Shown: piece after piece, positions 46,677 to 59,119 of the stretch | How the letters are laid out: each line of letters starts with the position of its first letter | Position numbering within the stretch: the stretch's first letter is position 1 | Source of the DNA: Amoebophrya sp. A120 | Lineage: Eukaryota > Protista > Dinoflagellata | Assembly: GCA_905178155.1 (NCBI GenBank) | Contig: CAJINV010000001.1 | Coordinates: 1,166,606-1,230,605, forward strand | DNA: 64,000 nucleotides | Reading direction: 5' to 3' | Program-made: the position numbers and the translations under genes | The notes under the pieces: model-generated | Seen by the model: only the letters and a program-made list of their open reading frames with translations | Databases searched by the model: none | Told to the model about the DNA's origin: nothing

Positions 46677-47837
46677 AGTTAGCAGAGTGAGAAGTAACCT
46701 CATCTTGTTGTTCCCTACATATGGCAGCTTTTTTGTCCTGTCGTCCTGGTTTCACCGAGTCACCGAGTGAGTCACAGCGCTAGTAGATAATTGGTGGCAA
46801 CTACTAGCTACTTTCTTATTCGTGCGAAAAAGATGAACACCAAGACAGGATAAGGAGCGACGGAAAGTTTGTTTTGCCGTATTCAAAAAGAAAATCAAAG
46901 GACACAAGCGAAAAGAAAAGAAACAATGCTTGCCGTACTGGAGCGGTGCGATGCAGCACTTTCAGGATGGTTGTGATCCTGAAGCACAAGAAATGTGTTC
47001 GACTACAGGCGCTTTCGCTTTTCGTAGCACTGCTCGCTAGTATGCAAAAAACAGTCTGTGTTGCAGTATATTGCTGCAGCAAAATCCGTTTTATCTTTTC
47101 GAGTGGAGCTCTTGCAACCCGTTGGCATCATGATGATCCGACGGAACTGATGTGAAGAAGGCTACGGTTTTTGTTTCAACTTCATTTTTTTGCAGGAACT
47201 CAACAACCCATCAAACGACCCACTTCCCCTTTTTCGTTTTTTTCTTGATCTCGACTACGTGGAAAAAGAAGGCAAAGTAGATCTGATGATGAGAAACAGA
47301 AAGGCTTCTGTATCTTTTTTCTGGCTATTGAGTCCGTTCGTGAACTGATCTGGTCAGTTCGTAAACTGATCTGGCATGATGAGTTTCTTCATCGTGTAAG
47401 TAATATGAATCATGTGAAAGTTCTCATTTCGAACACTTTTCGTTTTCGACCACACGACCGGCATTCGATTGTGATCCCGCATTAGGTCGGATGTTGATCA
47501 AGTCGTGCATTGATTGAGTCAAAGCTCCCTTGTCAATTCAAATTTTGTTTTTTTGTCGTTGATTGTTGTGGAAGAAGATTTGCAAAAATTTTTCCAATAG
47601 ATCGAATCAGACTTCGTATCTGCTGTCTACCGCCGGCTTGTGGAATTCCCGAAATAAATTGTGGAAATCGGAGGTTCCCCGGCCGTCCAGAAGAGAAAAT
47701 GGTTGCCGAGTACTGCTCCGCTGCGTTGTACTAGCACACAGAAAAAAGAAAGAATCTTAGAGGTCGTCCATCGCGTTTTTCGGGCTAGGTAGCCCCCTAC
47801 GATCAGGAAGCGGGTACTGCAGTACGGCGACGCAACC

Positions 47838-50800
47838 ATGGAAAGCAGAAGCACCGTCCCCGGTCGCCCGGTGAACAGAATACGTGCAGCGGGCTCACGA
47901 CAAAGAAATTCGGGATGGCCGTACGACGGCTGGATGAAGACGGCACGAGGTCGTGTAGTCGCAACTGCCTTGCTTGCGGTGCAACTAGCGACGGCACCCA
48001 TTCCCGCGGACGCACAGATACGGCTCCATTCGCCGCAAGCTCTGGTAAACGAGGTCTTTAGCCGGCAGTCGAAGCCGGGCTACATACAGGGAAGCACCGC
48101 CACCTTCGGCGCGCCTTACTACGGCATGAGGCTCATGGGTACGATACTTATTTGTATTATACGATTCGGATTCTAGTCGCTTTTTGGTCTTGCGATCATA
48201 TCAGGTCGATGTGATACCGTCGTCTTTCCACTGGGTGCTGTAGTCACCTCCAACTTGCGATGATTTTTACACGGGTATCTATACAGCTACCTGTGTGGAA
48301 TATCAAAAAGATCACGCTGCCTCCAGGTCGCATTCTGTATGCGGAGAGCAAGGGACAAGACTACTGCACCGAAGAGGATTATGAGCTGCCGTCAACGCCC
48401 GTATCCCACAAAAAAACTGTTTCACGGTGATGATTTTGCAGGAACTGCATCACAAGCGTCTTACACATGACACTGAAAATTTGTCATGCGCACTTCCCAA
48501 GGGAAAACACGCTGGAAAATCCAATGCCTTGTATGTGTAACAAGACAGATAGTTTTGTGTTCCATTTTCCGCATCACAAGTTCACAGTGAAACAGTTTTT
48601 TCTTGCGATAGCCCGCGCCGCCAGAGCAATCGGAGGAAAACGACCGGCGCCAGATCAACATCGTGATGGTCAAGCGGGGGCTGAGTAGGTGCCGGTTCAC
48701 TACCAAGGTGCGGATCGCGGAGAAATACAAGAACGCCCACGCGGTAATCATCGTGGATCGAGAGGCAAACCAGGCGCGGGACGTCACGAAGTTGATCATG
48801 TCCGACGAAAACAACTTCGGGAACAGCATCAAGATACCCTTATCAAATGTAAAAATGTCTGGGTCTGGAAGACTGCAACTTGTCATGCTGTTTTTGGACT
48901 CCAAAAGGATTTGTATTGCATGACCAGCAAGAGGCGTACAGTTTGTGCTACGCGGGGAGGGCATTTCTCATGCGGAAGGTGTATTAGGAAGCCCTCTAAA
49001 AGTCTGTGATGCTAGGTCATGCATTACAGGCATCATGGGCCCTGAGAAATCTGCGTGACAAATCTTGCATTCTTCAGACCCAGACACTTTTGCATTTGAT
49101 AACCCTCGATTCTGATCAACTGGAAGGACGGACAGAAGCTGATAGAACAGGCGACAGGAAGTATAGACCTCTCGTCGTGGCTCTTAGTGCTGTTTCTGCA
49201 ATAATTGAAATGGTTAGAAAATCATGATGGGCATTTTCATCGATACGGAAACGGACTGAAGTGTTCCGCTGATAAGTCTGTGTTGGGTCACATTTGCTGT
49301 CGCACATGCGACGTGCTGTCCCGCACTTCTAGAAAATTCAACAGGTTCGCCAGTCATAGTGGAGCTCGTGTGGGATATTCCGGTAAATAACATCGTCACC
49401 ATGGACATCTGGATGTCGGCGAACTCAAGAGAAGCAACGGAATTTTTGAAGGTAAGGCGTCTTCACTGGCAGCCCGCTTGTTTGCGGTGAGACTTGTTCT
49501 ATCACTCGCCGATGGAGGATAGTGTGCCTGTTGAAGTTGTCTATGCCTTGATCCCGACAGCGACTCAACACACTCTAGAAAACTAAGCAAATTCGAAACT
49601 CAATTGATTTCACCCATTAAATTCCAGGGCTTCAAACCGGCAGGGGAGCAACTCGCGTACAATCTGAAAGTAGTCCCGCACTACCACATCTTCGCGCTGC
49701 CCTCCGGCCAAGACTTTGAGAAAATGTGCACGAGTCAGGACGCAAAGTATCTTAATGATAGAATGTTTGTTTTGGCTTTTGTTGTTCATTGCAGTAAGTA
49801 GAAAGGCATAAGGAATAAAGATCGTCGTGACGGCATGATTAACTTTCACGAAGTATATCTTCACAAACCAGATACTGTGCGGAGGACCCCGACGGGGGTG
49901 GCTTGGTTACGGGCCGGGACGTTGCACTTGAGTCCGTCCGGCAGCTTTGTATTTGGGAGGAGACTGCGGTGCGGGACCCGGAGCATCCGCAGAGTGGGGA
50001 GCGCCGAAGAAGTTGGAAGTACTGGGAGTATGTGACCAGCTACCTCGATTCCTGCCCGGTTCACACGGACGACCCGGGAAAGCGGTTCGGCACGGAACAG
50101 TGCTCCACGGCGTTGATGCAAGAAAAGGGCATCGATCCGGATATCCTGAGTAAAAACGTACCCACACCAGAGTCAGGATGAGGATTTTGCAACACAAACC
50201 TAGGAGCTTTGTGAGCCACGCATGAAAAGTTGCACTATGCAGTGTAGTGCAGGTTAGCAAGTGCAGCCGCATCACAGATTCATCTGCCCATCCTGTTCAC
50301 AGCATCACAAATTCCAAAACACGATTGAAAATGGCTCTCATGGGGATGCGCATTACGAGTCTTCCTGTCTTTGCAAATCTGCATTACAACTCTGGTGTGG
50401 GTACGTTTTTACTCAGGATACCGGAGGCGGTGAAGCAGTGCATGATTGATAGCATGGACGACAAACTGCGTTATCAAATGCAAAAATGTCTGGGTCTGGA
50501 AACTTGTGATGCTGGGTGGCGTCTCATGATGAGGCCACAAATGCTGGCTCAGCATGCCAAGTTTCTGAGCTTCTAGGTATTGCCTATTCTGCATGACAAA
50601 CTGCGTCTCTGCATCACAGAAAAATGGAGCTGTTGGGTAACGTGCATGACAGATTTAAGAGTCATGCCAGACAAGCATGACAAACGTGCATTTTTCCAGA
50701 CCCAGACATTTTTACATTTGATATGCGTGCGCAGAAAAACAACGTCGCGTGGAGCAAGTACGCGGTGCGCATCAACGGGTGGCGGTTCGCCGGGGCCATT

Positions 50801-51358
50801 GAGCCCGACGGCATCACCCGGGCCATATGTTCCGCTTACGTAACCCCGGTGCCCGAGTGCGACAGCCTGCTCAAACCGCACTCCAAGTTCGACTTGCTTG
50901 CAGGCGGCAGGTACTGCACTGGTTTGTTGTACAAAAATGTTTGTTCTTTCGTGCAGCTTGTGCAGGAACGTGGCTGGTGTCGCGCATGCCGGAGGTGTGT
51001 TTCGAAAGATGATAGATTTTACCGGTAATTCTTATCGCTGAGAAGTACCACGTAGTTTTTTAAAACATTCGTGCGCCAGCTCGAAGCGAAAGCCAAAAAT
51101 CACTGCAGTTCTGACGCACGCGGCGTGTCGACGGGCACCATGGTGCTGTTGCTTTTCCTCGTGGTGCTCACTTTGACGCTGGGGCTCGTCATATACAAAA
51201 AGTTTTTCTTCGCGACCTACATCCAGAAAGCGCTTCGCGAGGAGGTCATGCTGGAAGTGCAGTCGCAGCTTGCAGATTACGTACAGCTCGAAGAGAACGG
51301 ACGCGCCGCACCGGGTGGTCCGCTCATACCCGGGGGGTCGCAGGCAAGGGAATTCTAG
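47838..51358 (+). CDS. Vacuolar sorting receptor (VSR/BP-80)-like PA-domain type I membrane protein
   Basis: STATFGAPYYG, VMVKRG..CRFTTKV, IKIPSILI, CAEDPDGGG...GRDVALESVRQLCIW, AVRINGWRFAG, AICSAY, TM segment, EVQSQLADYVQLE tail. Confidence 0.85.
48402..48610. mobile_element. Introner, singleton family (AAAAAACTGTTTCAC inverted repeat)
   Basis: DR GCCCG/GCCCG. Confidence 0.88.
48841..49101. mobile_element. Introner, family A (opposite orientation to 30681-30942)
   Basis: DR ACCCT/ACCCT; restores KIPS-ILIN. Confidence 0.92.
50142..50420. mobile_element. Introner, family B, perfect ~32-bp TIR
   Basis: TATCCTGAGTAAAAACGTACCCACACCAGAGT; DR CCGGA/CCGGA. Confidence 0.95.
50472..50723. mobile_element. 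Introner, family A (opposite orientation to 40296-40547)
   Basis: DR TGCGT/TGCGT. Confidence 0.92.
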
Positions 51359-52121
51359 CGTTTGGGGTTTGCTGGCGGCACAGAGATGGTCGGTGCTGCG
51401 GCTCGTTAAAGAGAGAAAGAAGTAAGTACCAAGTATACGATTGAATGCTGCAAGCAGTTTGTAGTGCGTGTGGTGAAAAAGAAAATCAACCAAAATATGT
51501 TATTGCACGGGATTCTGATCATCGTCCAGAGAATACAGCATAAAAAGTTGGTGGAAGATTGAACAACAATTCGCAAAAAGGTCCTCCACGCGGCTCCGCG
51601 GGTCGGCGTCGCAATGACGACGATCGTATCAAGCAGATGTGTTGGAGGGTTCTGCTCGCAAAAATGCACAAATGACACAATCAGTCTTTCGTTAAAGAAA
51701 ACCACGTGGTGCTTCTTCCGTTTGGGATAGGGGGAAAGAAGAAATTTTCGTGACAAGCAGTTCACTGCGTGGACATTCGGTCTGGTAGTTCCGGTCGTGG
51801 GGTAGTCGTAAAAATGAGGCAAAATTCACGTAATTAGGGTCTCTCAACGTGCGGAAAAGGTTATCGTATTCGCGTTTGGGTGGAAGTCTAGACGCGGCAA
51901 GATAGAAAAGTAGACTGATCTTCAAAAAGGCAAACCAGGCACTCAAGGTGGAGTAGCTGCGGCAAAATAGAATCAAGAAAAAATTACAAAACGGTGACGT
52001 TAAATAGAGGATGCGGTAAGAGACGAGTCAAAGTAAGAAGAACGTTCATCAACAGTTTTTCTTCGTGAAACTAGCTCTTTGCTTTCTTCATACTGTAGTT
52101 TTAACAAGCTCTTCCTTCACG

Positions 52122-55100
52122 ATGGGTTGCTGCCTTGCCGTCGCGGAGGTGGCGGAGGACGTCCGCCAAACGGTGTACGAAATTGCGGATGCCTTGGGGG
52201 TATCGAATGCAACAAATATGTCTGGGTCGGGGAGATTGCGAGATTTGTCGTGCTAGTCTGGCATGACTCTGCGCTCTGTATTGCGTGGCCGCAAAGAGCT
52301 CCGCTGGCCTGTCATGCAAAGACGCAGCTTCTCATGCGGAGTACGCAACTCAGAACCTCCACGGCAAACAAACTTGCCATGCTTGGCAGCGCATTGCAGT
52401 GTTTTCATTATTCCCTTTCTTGCATCACAAGTTTCCAGACCCCGACATATTTGCATTTGATAGGGGGACGCTATGGACGGAATGTGGAACGATATCTTCG
52501 TGGATGACGTGCCGAAGGAGGTCAACGAGACCACCAAAGAAGCGGACGGTATCCTGAGTAAAAACGTACCCACACCAGAGTTGTAATGCAGATTTGCAAA
52601 GACAGGAAGACTTGCAATGCGCATCCCCATGAGAGCCATTTCCAATCGTGTTTTGGAATTTGTGATGCTGTGAACAGGATGGGCAGATGAATCTGTGATG
52701 CGGCTGCACTTGCTAACCTGCACTACACTGCATAGTGCAACTTGTCATGCGTGGCTTACAAAACTCCTAGGCTTGTGTTCCAAAATCCTCATCCTGACTC
52801 TGGTGTGGGTACGTTTTTACTCAGGATAGACGGCTGGACGAAAATCCTGGGCGTCTACCTCGCCGGCTACCCCCTTTCGTGCGGGAAGAAGCAGTTTTCG
52901 TCGCTGGACGAAGCGAAGGCCGCCGCCCTGGAGTTGGAAGACTGCGGTGGGGTCACGCAGGTTGGTCGTGTAGTGTAGTCCGTTGGAATTAAGTAGAGCA
53001 AAACTGGGGTTAGGGTTGTACTCATATTTTGTATGTATCACGTGAGCGGGATTCATGTTCATCAGCGTCTTTTTGTCTGCTGATAAAGATGAAAATCTGA
53101 ACTGTTTTCTCCAAAGGTTGCGGAGGATGTTTTCGAGCTACGTGCGACGGGCCGGGTGATGCAGTCTCCCTCCAACGAAACCACGTGGCGCAAGCCCTAC
53201 ATGCTGGCGAGCGGGGACGGCGACAGCAGCGGCGAGAAGAGTCCGCGGACCGGCGGTCCATATCAAATGTAAAAATGTCTGGGTCTGGAAGAATGCAACT
53301 TGTCATGCTAAATCTGAAGCATGCAAAAATCTGTGTTGCATGATTACCAAAAGTCGCCCAGTTTTGACCAAGTCGGAAGGGAGTTTCTCATGCAGGAGAG
53401 GCATGAGAGAGATCGCGCAGAATCTGTCATGCTAGGTCCTGCATTCCAGGCCTCATGGGTCATGGAAAAGCTGCATAACAAATCGCGCACTCTTCCAGAC
53501 CCAGACATTTTTGCATTTGATACTCCGGGGGCGGTGACGAACGAGGACGAAATCAAGGTCGACGACGATGAGGAGGTGAAACAGCGGAAGCGCGACGAGC
53601 TGGCGGCCAAGCTGGCGGCGGCGAAACAAGCGGCGGAGGAGGCGAAAAAGCGCGAGGCGGAACGGCTCGCGGAGAAGGCGCGGAAGCGCAAGGAGGAGCT
53701 GAAGCGGCTCGCGGAGTCGCAGGCGCCCGAGAAGCTGCAGGTGATGTGCGACTACGGGAACTGCACGGGGGTGTTCGAAAAGGTGGGGGACTTGAACGAG
53801 AAAGCGCAGTACAAGCTAACCGAGAAGGAAGCAAACGTCTTCGTCTGCTACGACGGCGAGCGGTGGATCATGACCTTCGAGGAAAGTCCGGAGCAGGGCA
53901 GCGAGTTCAACCGCATCGCGCTGTCGGGGAAGACCGCGGTCATCAACGTGACCGCCCTCAAGTCGTGGGGCAACAAGGGCGTGCGGTGCTACGACTACGA
54001 GCGCTACCACGCGCCCAACGAGCCGGAGGAGGGAAAATTCACCGACGAGGACTTTCCGCCGGCCCTCGGCAGTCTGGCGAACGACACGAAGTGGGGCAGC
54101 GACGTGCAGTGGATCCGGGCCTGCAACCTGCACCCGTGTGAACAGATGGAGTTGTTCGACACGATCCAGCCCACGGACGTGCGGCAGGGTGCGGTCGGGG
54201 ACTGCTGGTTGATGGCGGCCTTTGCGTCGCTGGCGGAATTCCCGGGCTACCTGGAGGAGGTCACCTTCAAAGGCTTGAATGCCCTCTCCGCGGAGAGCAA
54301 ATACGTGGTATCAAATGCTGCAAAAATGTCTGGGTCTGGAAGAATGCAGGGTTTGTCATGCACAGCTAGCATGGCTCTCAAGTCTGTCATGCGCGCCACA
54401 CAAAAGCCACATTTCTCTGTCATGCAGAAACGCAGTTTGTCATGCAGATAGGCAACACTCTAGCAGCTCCACAACTTGTCATGCTTGGCTGTCAATGAAG
54501 GCGTCCACATGTTGATTCGCCGAACAGCATCACAAGTTTCCAGACCCAGACATATTTGCATTTGATACGTGGTGAAACTGTACAATCCGTACGAGAAGGA
54601 GTGGGAGGACATTGTGATCGACGACTTCATATGCACTGCAAATACAACGTCCGGGTCTGGAATGTTCGAACTTGCAATGCTGGTCTTACATGACTGTAAA
54701 ATCTGTATTGCAGCATGACCAACAAAAGTCGCAGCCTCTTCATGCAAAATGAACTCAGCTTCTCATGCAGGCAGCGCATGAGAAAGCGTTTTGGACAAAA
54801 TTGTCATGCTTGGCTGCCTTCGGAAGTGTTTCCATCATGTGCATTTTAGCATCACAAGTTTCCAGACCACCCAGATCGACAATATTTGCATTTGATACTT
54901 CATCCCCGTGGACGGCAACAAGGACGCGCTGTTCTGCAAGCCCGTGGGCCACGAGGTGTACATGTGTCTGCTCGAAAAGGTATCCTATGTAAAAACGTCC
55001 CCACACCAGAGTCAAGATGGGAATTCTGCTAGACAAATGCACCAGCTTTGGTTGCTGCGCATGACAAGTTTGGCCTCGCAGTATAGTCCTGTTCAGAAAG

Positions 55101-56528
55101 CCCCAGTAGCATCACAGATCTAGCGTAGCATGCTGATTCAAGCATCACAAATTTCAAAACACGACGAGAAGGCTCTTCTCATAGGGCTCCGCATGAGAAA
55201 CATTTTCACCATGCAGATTTGCATGACAACTATGGGGTGGGGACGTTTTTGCATAGGATAAAAGGCGTTTGCCAAGCGGTGGGGCGGCTACTTCAAGATG
55301 AGCGGGGGGAACGCCAGCAACGGGTACGTGTCCTTGCTGGGGGGCAGTTGCATCAAGTACAAAAAGCGGGACGACTACGAGGAAACGGGGAAGTGGCGGT
55401 CCATCTATCTCACCTTCGATCCGGAGAGCGAGCGGACGTTCGAAGGGGACTGGTGGTGTAACAACGACGACTGCGACGTGACGGACGAGGGACTCTGGGC
55501 TTTGCTGCGGCAGTGGGACGAGGCTAACTACGTCTTCAACTGCTCCATGCCGAACTCGAAAAAGGGTGAGGTCGAGGCCGAGCGGACGGACGGGTAGATA
55601 TAAGTAGAATGACCTGATTGAGACGCGAGATGCTGAGGCTGACTCACTTATTCTGTATGCTGATCTAAAAATTTCCTTCTCGCTCCTCAAGGTTACATGT
55701 AGCAGCACCAAACTTTTCTTTCTAAAAGCGCTTTCGAAAGAAAAAAACCCACGTGATTATCACATATCAGGTTGATCGAGGGCCACGCGTATTCGTTCCT
55801 CGGTGCCTACGAAGTTCCAGAGCTAAACTTGAAGCTGGTGTGCCTGCGCAACCCGTGGGGCCGCTGCGAGTGGTATGGATTGCAAAAATGTCTGGGTCTG
55901 GAAACTTGTAATGCTGCGTTGGGAATAATGAATGCTCTGTGATGCACAGCCAAGTACGAGAAATATCTGCGCTTCTTTGTGTTCCGTTTTTCGCATGACA
56001 AACTGCGTTTTTGCATGACAGGCAAAAGGGTCTCTTCTTGGACACGCATCACAAACTTTTTGGTCATGCTCATGCCAGACAAGCATAACAAATCTCGCAA
56101 TCTTCCAGACCCAGACATTTCTGCATTTGATAAGTGGAACGGGGACTGGTCGGATGCTTCCCCCATCTGGGACTCCGTCGACAGCGCGCAGCTGGAACAG
56201 GCCGGCGTGCGGCGCGTGAAGGCCGAGGACGGTGCCTTTTTCATGACGTTCGAAGACTGGAAAAACTGCTACACCTATGATCCCGGCAAAGATAGCCTCT
56301 CTCTTGCGTAGTACTAGCCTGCGTTGCATGAGAAATAAAAATCGGCCTGCCCTTAGTTACAAACCGTTATAGCTTTTGCTTGTTAAGGGTAACATTTTCG
56401 CATGCACAAGAAGTATGCTACGCTAGAGAGGACTTTTGTCTCGCGATAACACCCGGGTGGGGGTCTGCCAGTTGTCTGTGTCGCATGGGAAACGATCCGC
56501 TGCTGAGGGATTCACCAAGCGCGGGTGA
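52122..56528 (+). CDS. Calpain-family (C2) cysteine protease with N-terminal MGCC acylation motif
   Basis: [22 protein letters not shown] (Cys), [17 protein letters not shown] (His), [16 protein letters not shown] (Asn), [10 protein letters not shown]; eight introners. Confidence 0.93.
52201..52462. mobile_element. Introner, family A
   Basis: DR GGGGG/GGGGG. Confidence 0.9.
52550..52828. mobile_element. Introner, family B; near-identical inverted copy of 50142-50420
   Basis: DR GACGG/GACGG. Confidence 0.95.
53261..53522. mobile_element. Introner, family A
   Basis: DR GTCCA/CTCCG. Confidence 0.9.
54309..54567. mobile_element. Introner, family A
   Basis: DR CGTGG/CGTGG. Confidence 0.92.
54630..54897. 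mobile_element. Introner, family A (diverged)
   Basis: DR CTTCA/CTTCA; restores IDDF-IP. Confidence 0.9.
54981..55260. mobile_element. Introner, family B
   Basis: DR AAAGG/AAAGG; restores LLEK-AFAK. Confidence 0.92.
55874..56132. mobile_element. Introner, family A
   Basis: DR AGTGG/AGTGG; restores CEW-NGDW. Confidence 0.92.
56276..56448. mobile_element. Introner, singleton family
   Basis: Imperfect TIR (CCTCTCT..GCGTAG / CTACGC.AGAGAGG); DR ACACC/ACACC. Confidence 0.8.
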
Positions 56529-57386
56529 TTGAAGATGAGGGGAAAAGAAACTGCACTTGCTTCACTTAGTGGAGAGCTTTTTCAGAAAATCAGGAAGAGA
56601 AATACATACGTTTGTTGCTTTTTACTCAGCTGCAACTAATCCAGGTTTCCACCAGTACCTCTACCTACTGAAAGTCAATCAGCGAGAAAAGTGTCATGTG
56701 ATGCAGCACAGCCAGCAACGACTGCAGCCAGTCACACTGCGGCTGCACGTGTAGAATTTTTTGCCTTCTAATTAAAATTGACTTTTTAAGAAAAAGAACA
56801 AGAAGCAGCGCTAGTAGTACATTCTTTCAATGTCTTACATCAGATGCTACAACTTTATTATTCCCATGCTGCATTTATTAACACTGTACGAAAAAAGAAG
56901 ACCTTACGCTGACATTTAGATTTGGAAATGATGAAATTTGAAAATGGAGCAAAGAGCAAAGTTTCCAGTGTTTCCAGTGCCCGATGTTACTCGGGATCCA
57001 TCTAGTTTATCGTTGCCGTTCTACTCGGGGCGCATGCGGGTGCATTTTCGGATAAGTTCATTCTGAGCTGCGAGCTAGAACTAGGAGTTTCCCCACCATA
57101 TCTTATCCAGCAGAGGGCATAAAGGCTGACTTCTTTCCATCGAGGACGTTTTGTACGGAAAAAACATGCTGATGCTCGTGTTTCTATATCCAGTCTACTG
57201 ATGAACATGGGGCACATCTTCAAAAGGCAAATAATACACTGGGCGTAGATCATTTAGTTTTAGGATCATATCTCAACTTCAGCATACTTCCTGTTGCGTC
57301 CTCTAAGAAAATCTGCGTACCAACGCATATCTTTTTTCGCTATATATTTCGCAAAAAGTTTCATCCACAAGTTGTAGACCACAGCC

Positions 57387-59119
57387 ATGGCATCATCTGC
57401 CAGTACTGCTGCTGCTCTTCCGCCCACGACCTCCGACCAAAACGAAGGCGCTCCACCGGCAGCCGCGCCAGATTCATCTTCTGCTGTAGGAGGTGCGGGC
57501 ACGACTGAGGACAAGCCGAAAGCTATCCTGAGGAAAAACGTCCCCACCCCATAGTCAAGATGTGAAACTTGCTAGACAGATCAACAAGCCTTGGTTGTTG
57601 CGCATGACAAATTTGGGCGCGCAGTGCAGTCGTGTTTCACCACTGCAGCAGCATCACAGATCTTGCATATCGTGCTGATTCTTGCGTCACAAATCACAAA
57701 ACACCACTAGAGCGTGCTTCTCATGGGTCTCCGCATGAGAATCGCTTTGAGGATGCAGATTCGCATTACAGCTCTGGGGTGGGGACGTTTTTGCATAGGA
57801 TAACAGCCAAGGTTGTCGAGGTGGAAATCGCCACCACCAACCGGTTATGGATTGCAAATATGTGTGGGTCTGGAAAAATGCAAGGTTGTCATGCTAGGTC
57901 TGCGTGATACAAAAATCTGTATTGCGCGAACAGCAGAAGACGCTTACTTTGGGGCTCCTGAGCATGGCATTTCTCGTGCAGAATGGGCATTAGGAGCGGC
58001 TTCGTCAAAACTTGTGATGCTACAGTTCGCATTCCAGACCTTCTGGGCCATGCGAAACATGCATGACACATCCTGTATTCCTCCAGGCCCAGACATATTT
58101 GCATTTGATACCGATCCAGGTGCAAGTCCTGCGAGTGTCTGCAAGTGATTGAGAAGGGCACCGTGCGCGTGGGCGTGCCGATGTTTATGCAGGGCCGCAC
58201 GCTCACCGCCTGGTTCCATCCGCACTGCTTTTTCGACGGGCTTTCCGTGGAGGTGGTGCAGCGCAACGGGGCGGGGATGTGCAAGCACACCAGGAAAAAG
58301 TTCGAGAAGGGTGACTTCCGCGCAAAGGTCTGCTGTGGAAACGCGAAATTTGGGCTCAGTCTGCAGGTAGGATTACTGAAACCGCGGGTGGTGCTGGAAG
58401 ATTTTTTGTCTTGGTTTTCGAAAAGATAAAGAATAAGAATAAGAAAGTACACGGATGATCGTGCATTAGGTCGCTGTTGTTACTTTGTGGCACGAAGAAG
58501 AACATGCATCACAAGCTCAAGCATTCTAGAATTGATCGGATAAAATCAACATCTTCGCAGGCCGCCCGCGAGTTGTTCCAGCCGGTGTTGGAAAGCCTCA
58601 CGGAAAATATGAGAGAGCACATCAACTCCTCGTCCCCCTGATTTGTCATGCAAAATGCCGAATCCAGCTCTTGCCTTTAAGTACTCTGCGCATGACAAGT
58701 TTTGGACTCCCAAACATGACAACAATCCATGTCCGGATTTGTCATGCAAAAGCCACCGGGACGTCCAGCCCGTAGCTCTCCGATGTCATGCAAAGGCACC
58801 ATTTGTGGCATGGCTTCTGTTGCTGCTCATGCTTTAGGAAGGGGGGTTGTGCACTGTCATAGAAAACAAGAAGCGTTTCCGGGACATCGCCGGCGTAGAG
58901 ACGCTTCCTGCGGATTTGCAAGCGCAGTTTCTCGGCAGTGACGATGGAATTTTGGCGTCGAAGAAGAAAATAACCAGTGCCGCAGATGCGGAACAAATAA
59001 AAGGAGGGAAAACAAAGCCTGCTGCGAAAACGAAGAAGGCGGCAAAACCTCCAAAACAGGCTGCCGGCGGCAAGAAAATAAATGCACCTTTTGGAGAAGG
59101 GTCAAAGTCGAAAAAATGA
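57387..59119 (+). CDS. PARP-type zinc-finger protein with Lys-rich tail
   Basis: VEIATTNRSRCKSC...IEKGTVRVG...WFHPHCF followed by a second degenerate finger (MCKHTRKKFEKGDFR); three introners and one GT-AG intron. Confidence 0.8.
57524..57802. mobile_element. Introner, family B
   Basis: DR AAAGC/ACAGC. Confidence 0.9.
57846..58110. mobile_element. Introner, family A
   Basis: DR CCGGT/CCGAT; restores TNR-SRC. Confidence 0.9.
58608..58861. mobile_element. Introner, family G
   Basis: TATGAGAGAGCAC...GTGCACTGTCATA; DR GAAAA/GAAAA. Confidence 0.85.

Noticed and set aside
47336-47374. Tandem duplication GTTCGT(G/A)AACTGATCTGG x2
   Set aside because: Isolated two-copy intergenic duplication with no further structure.
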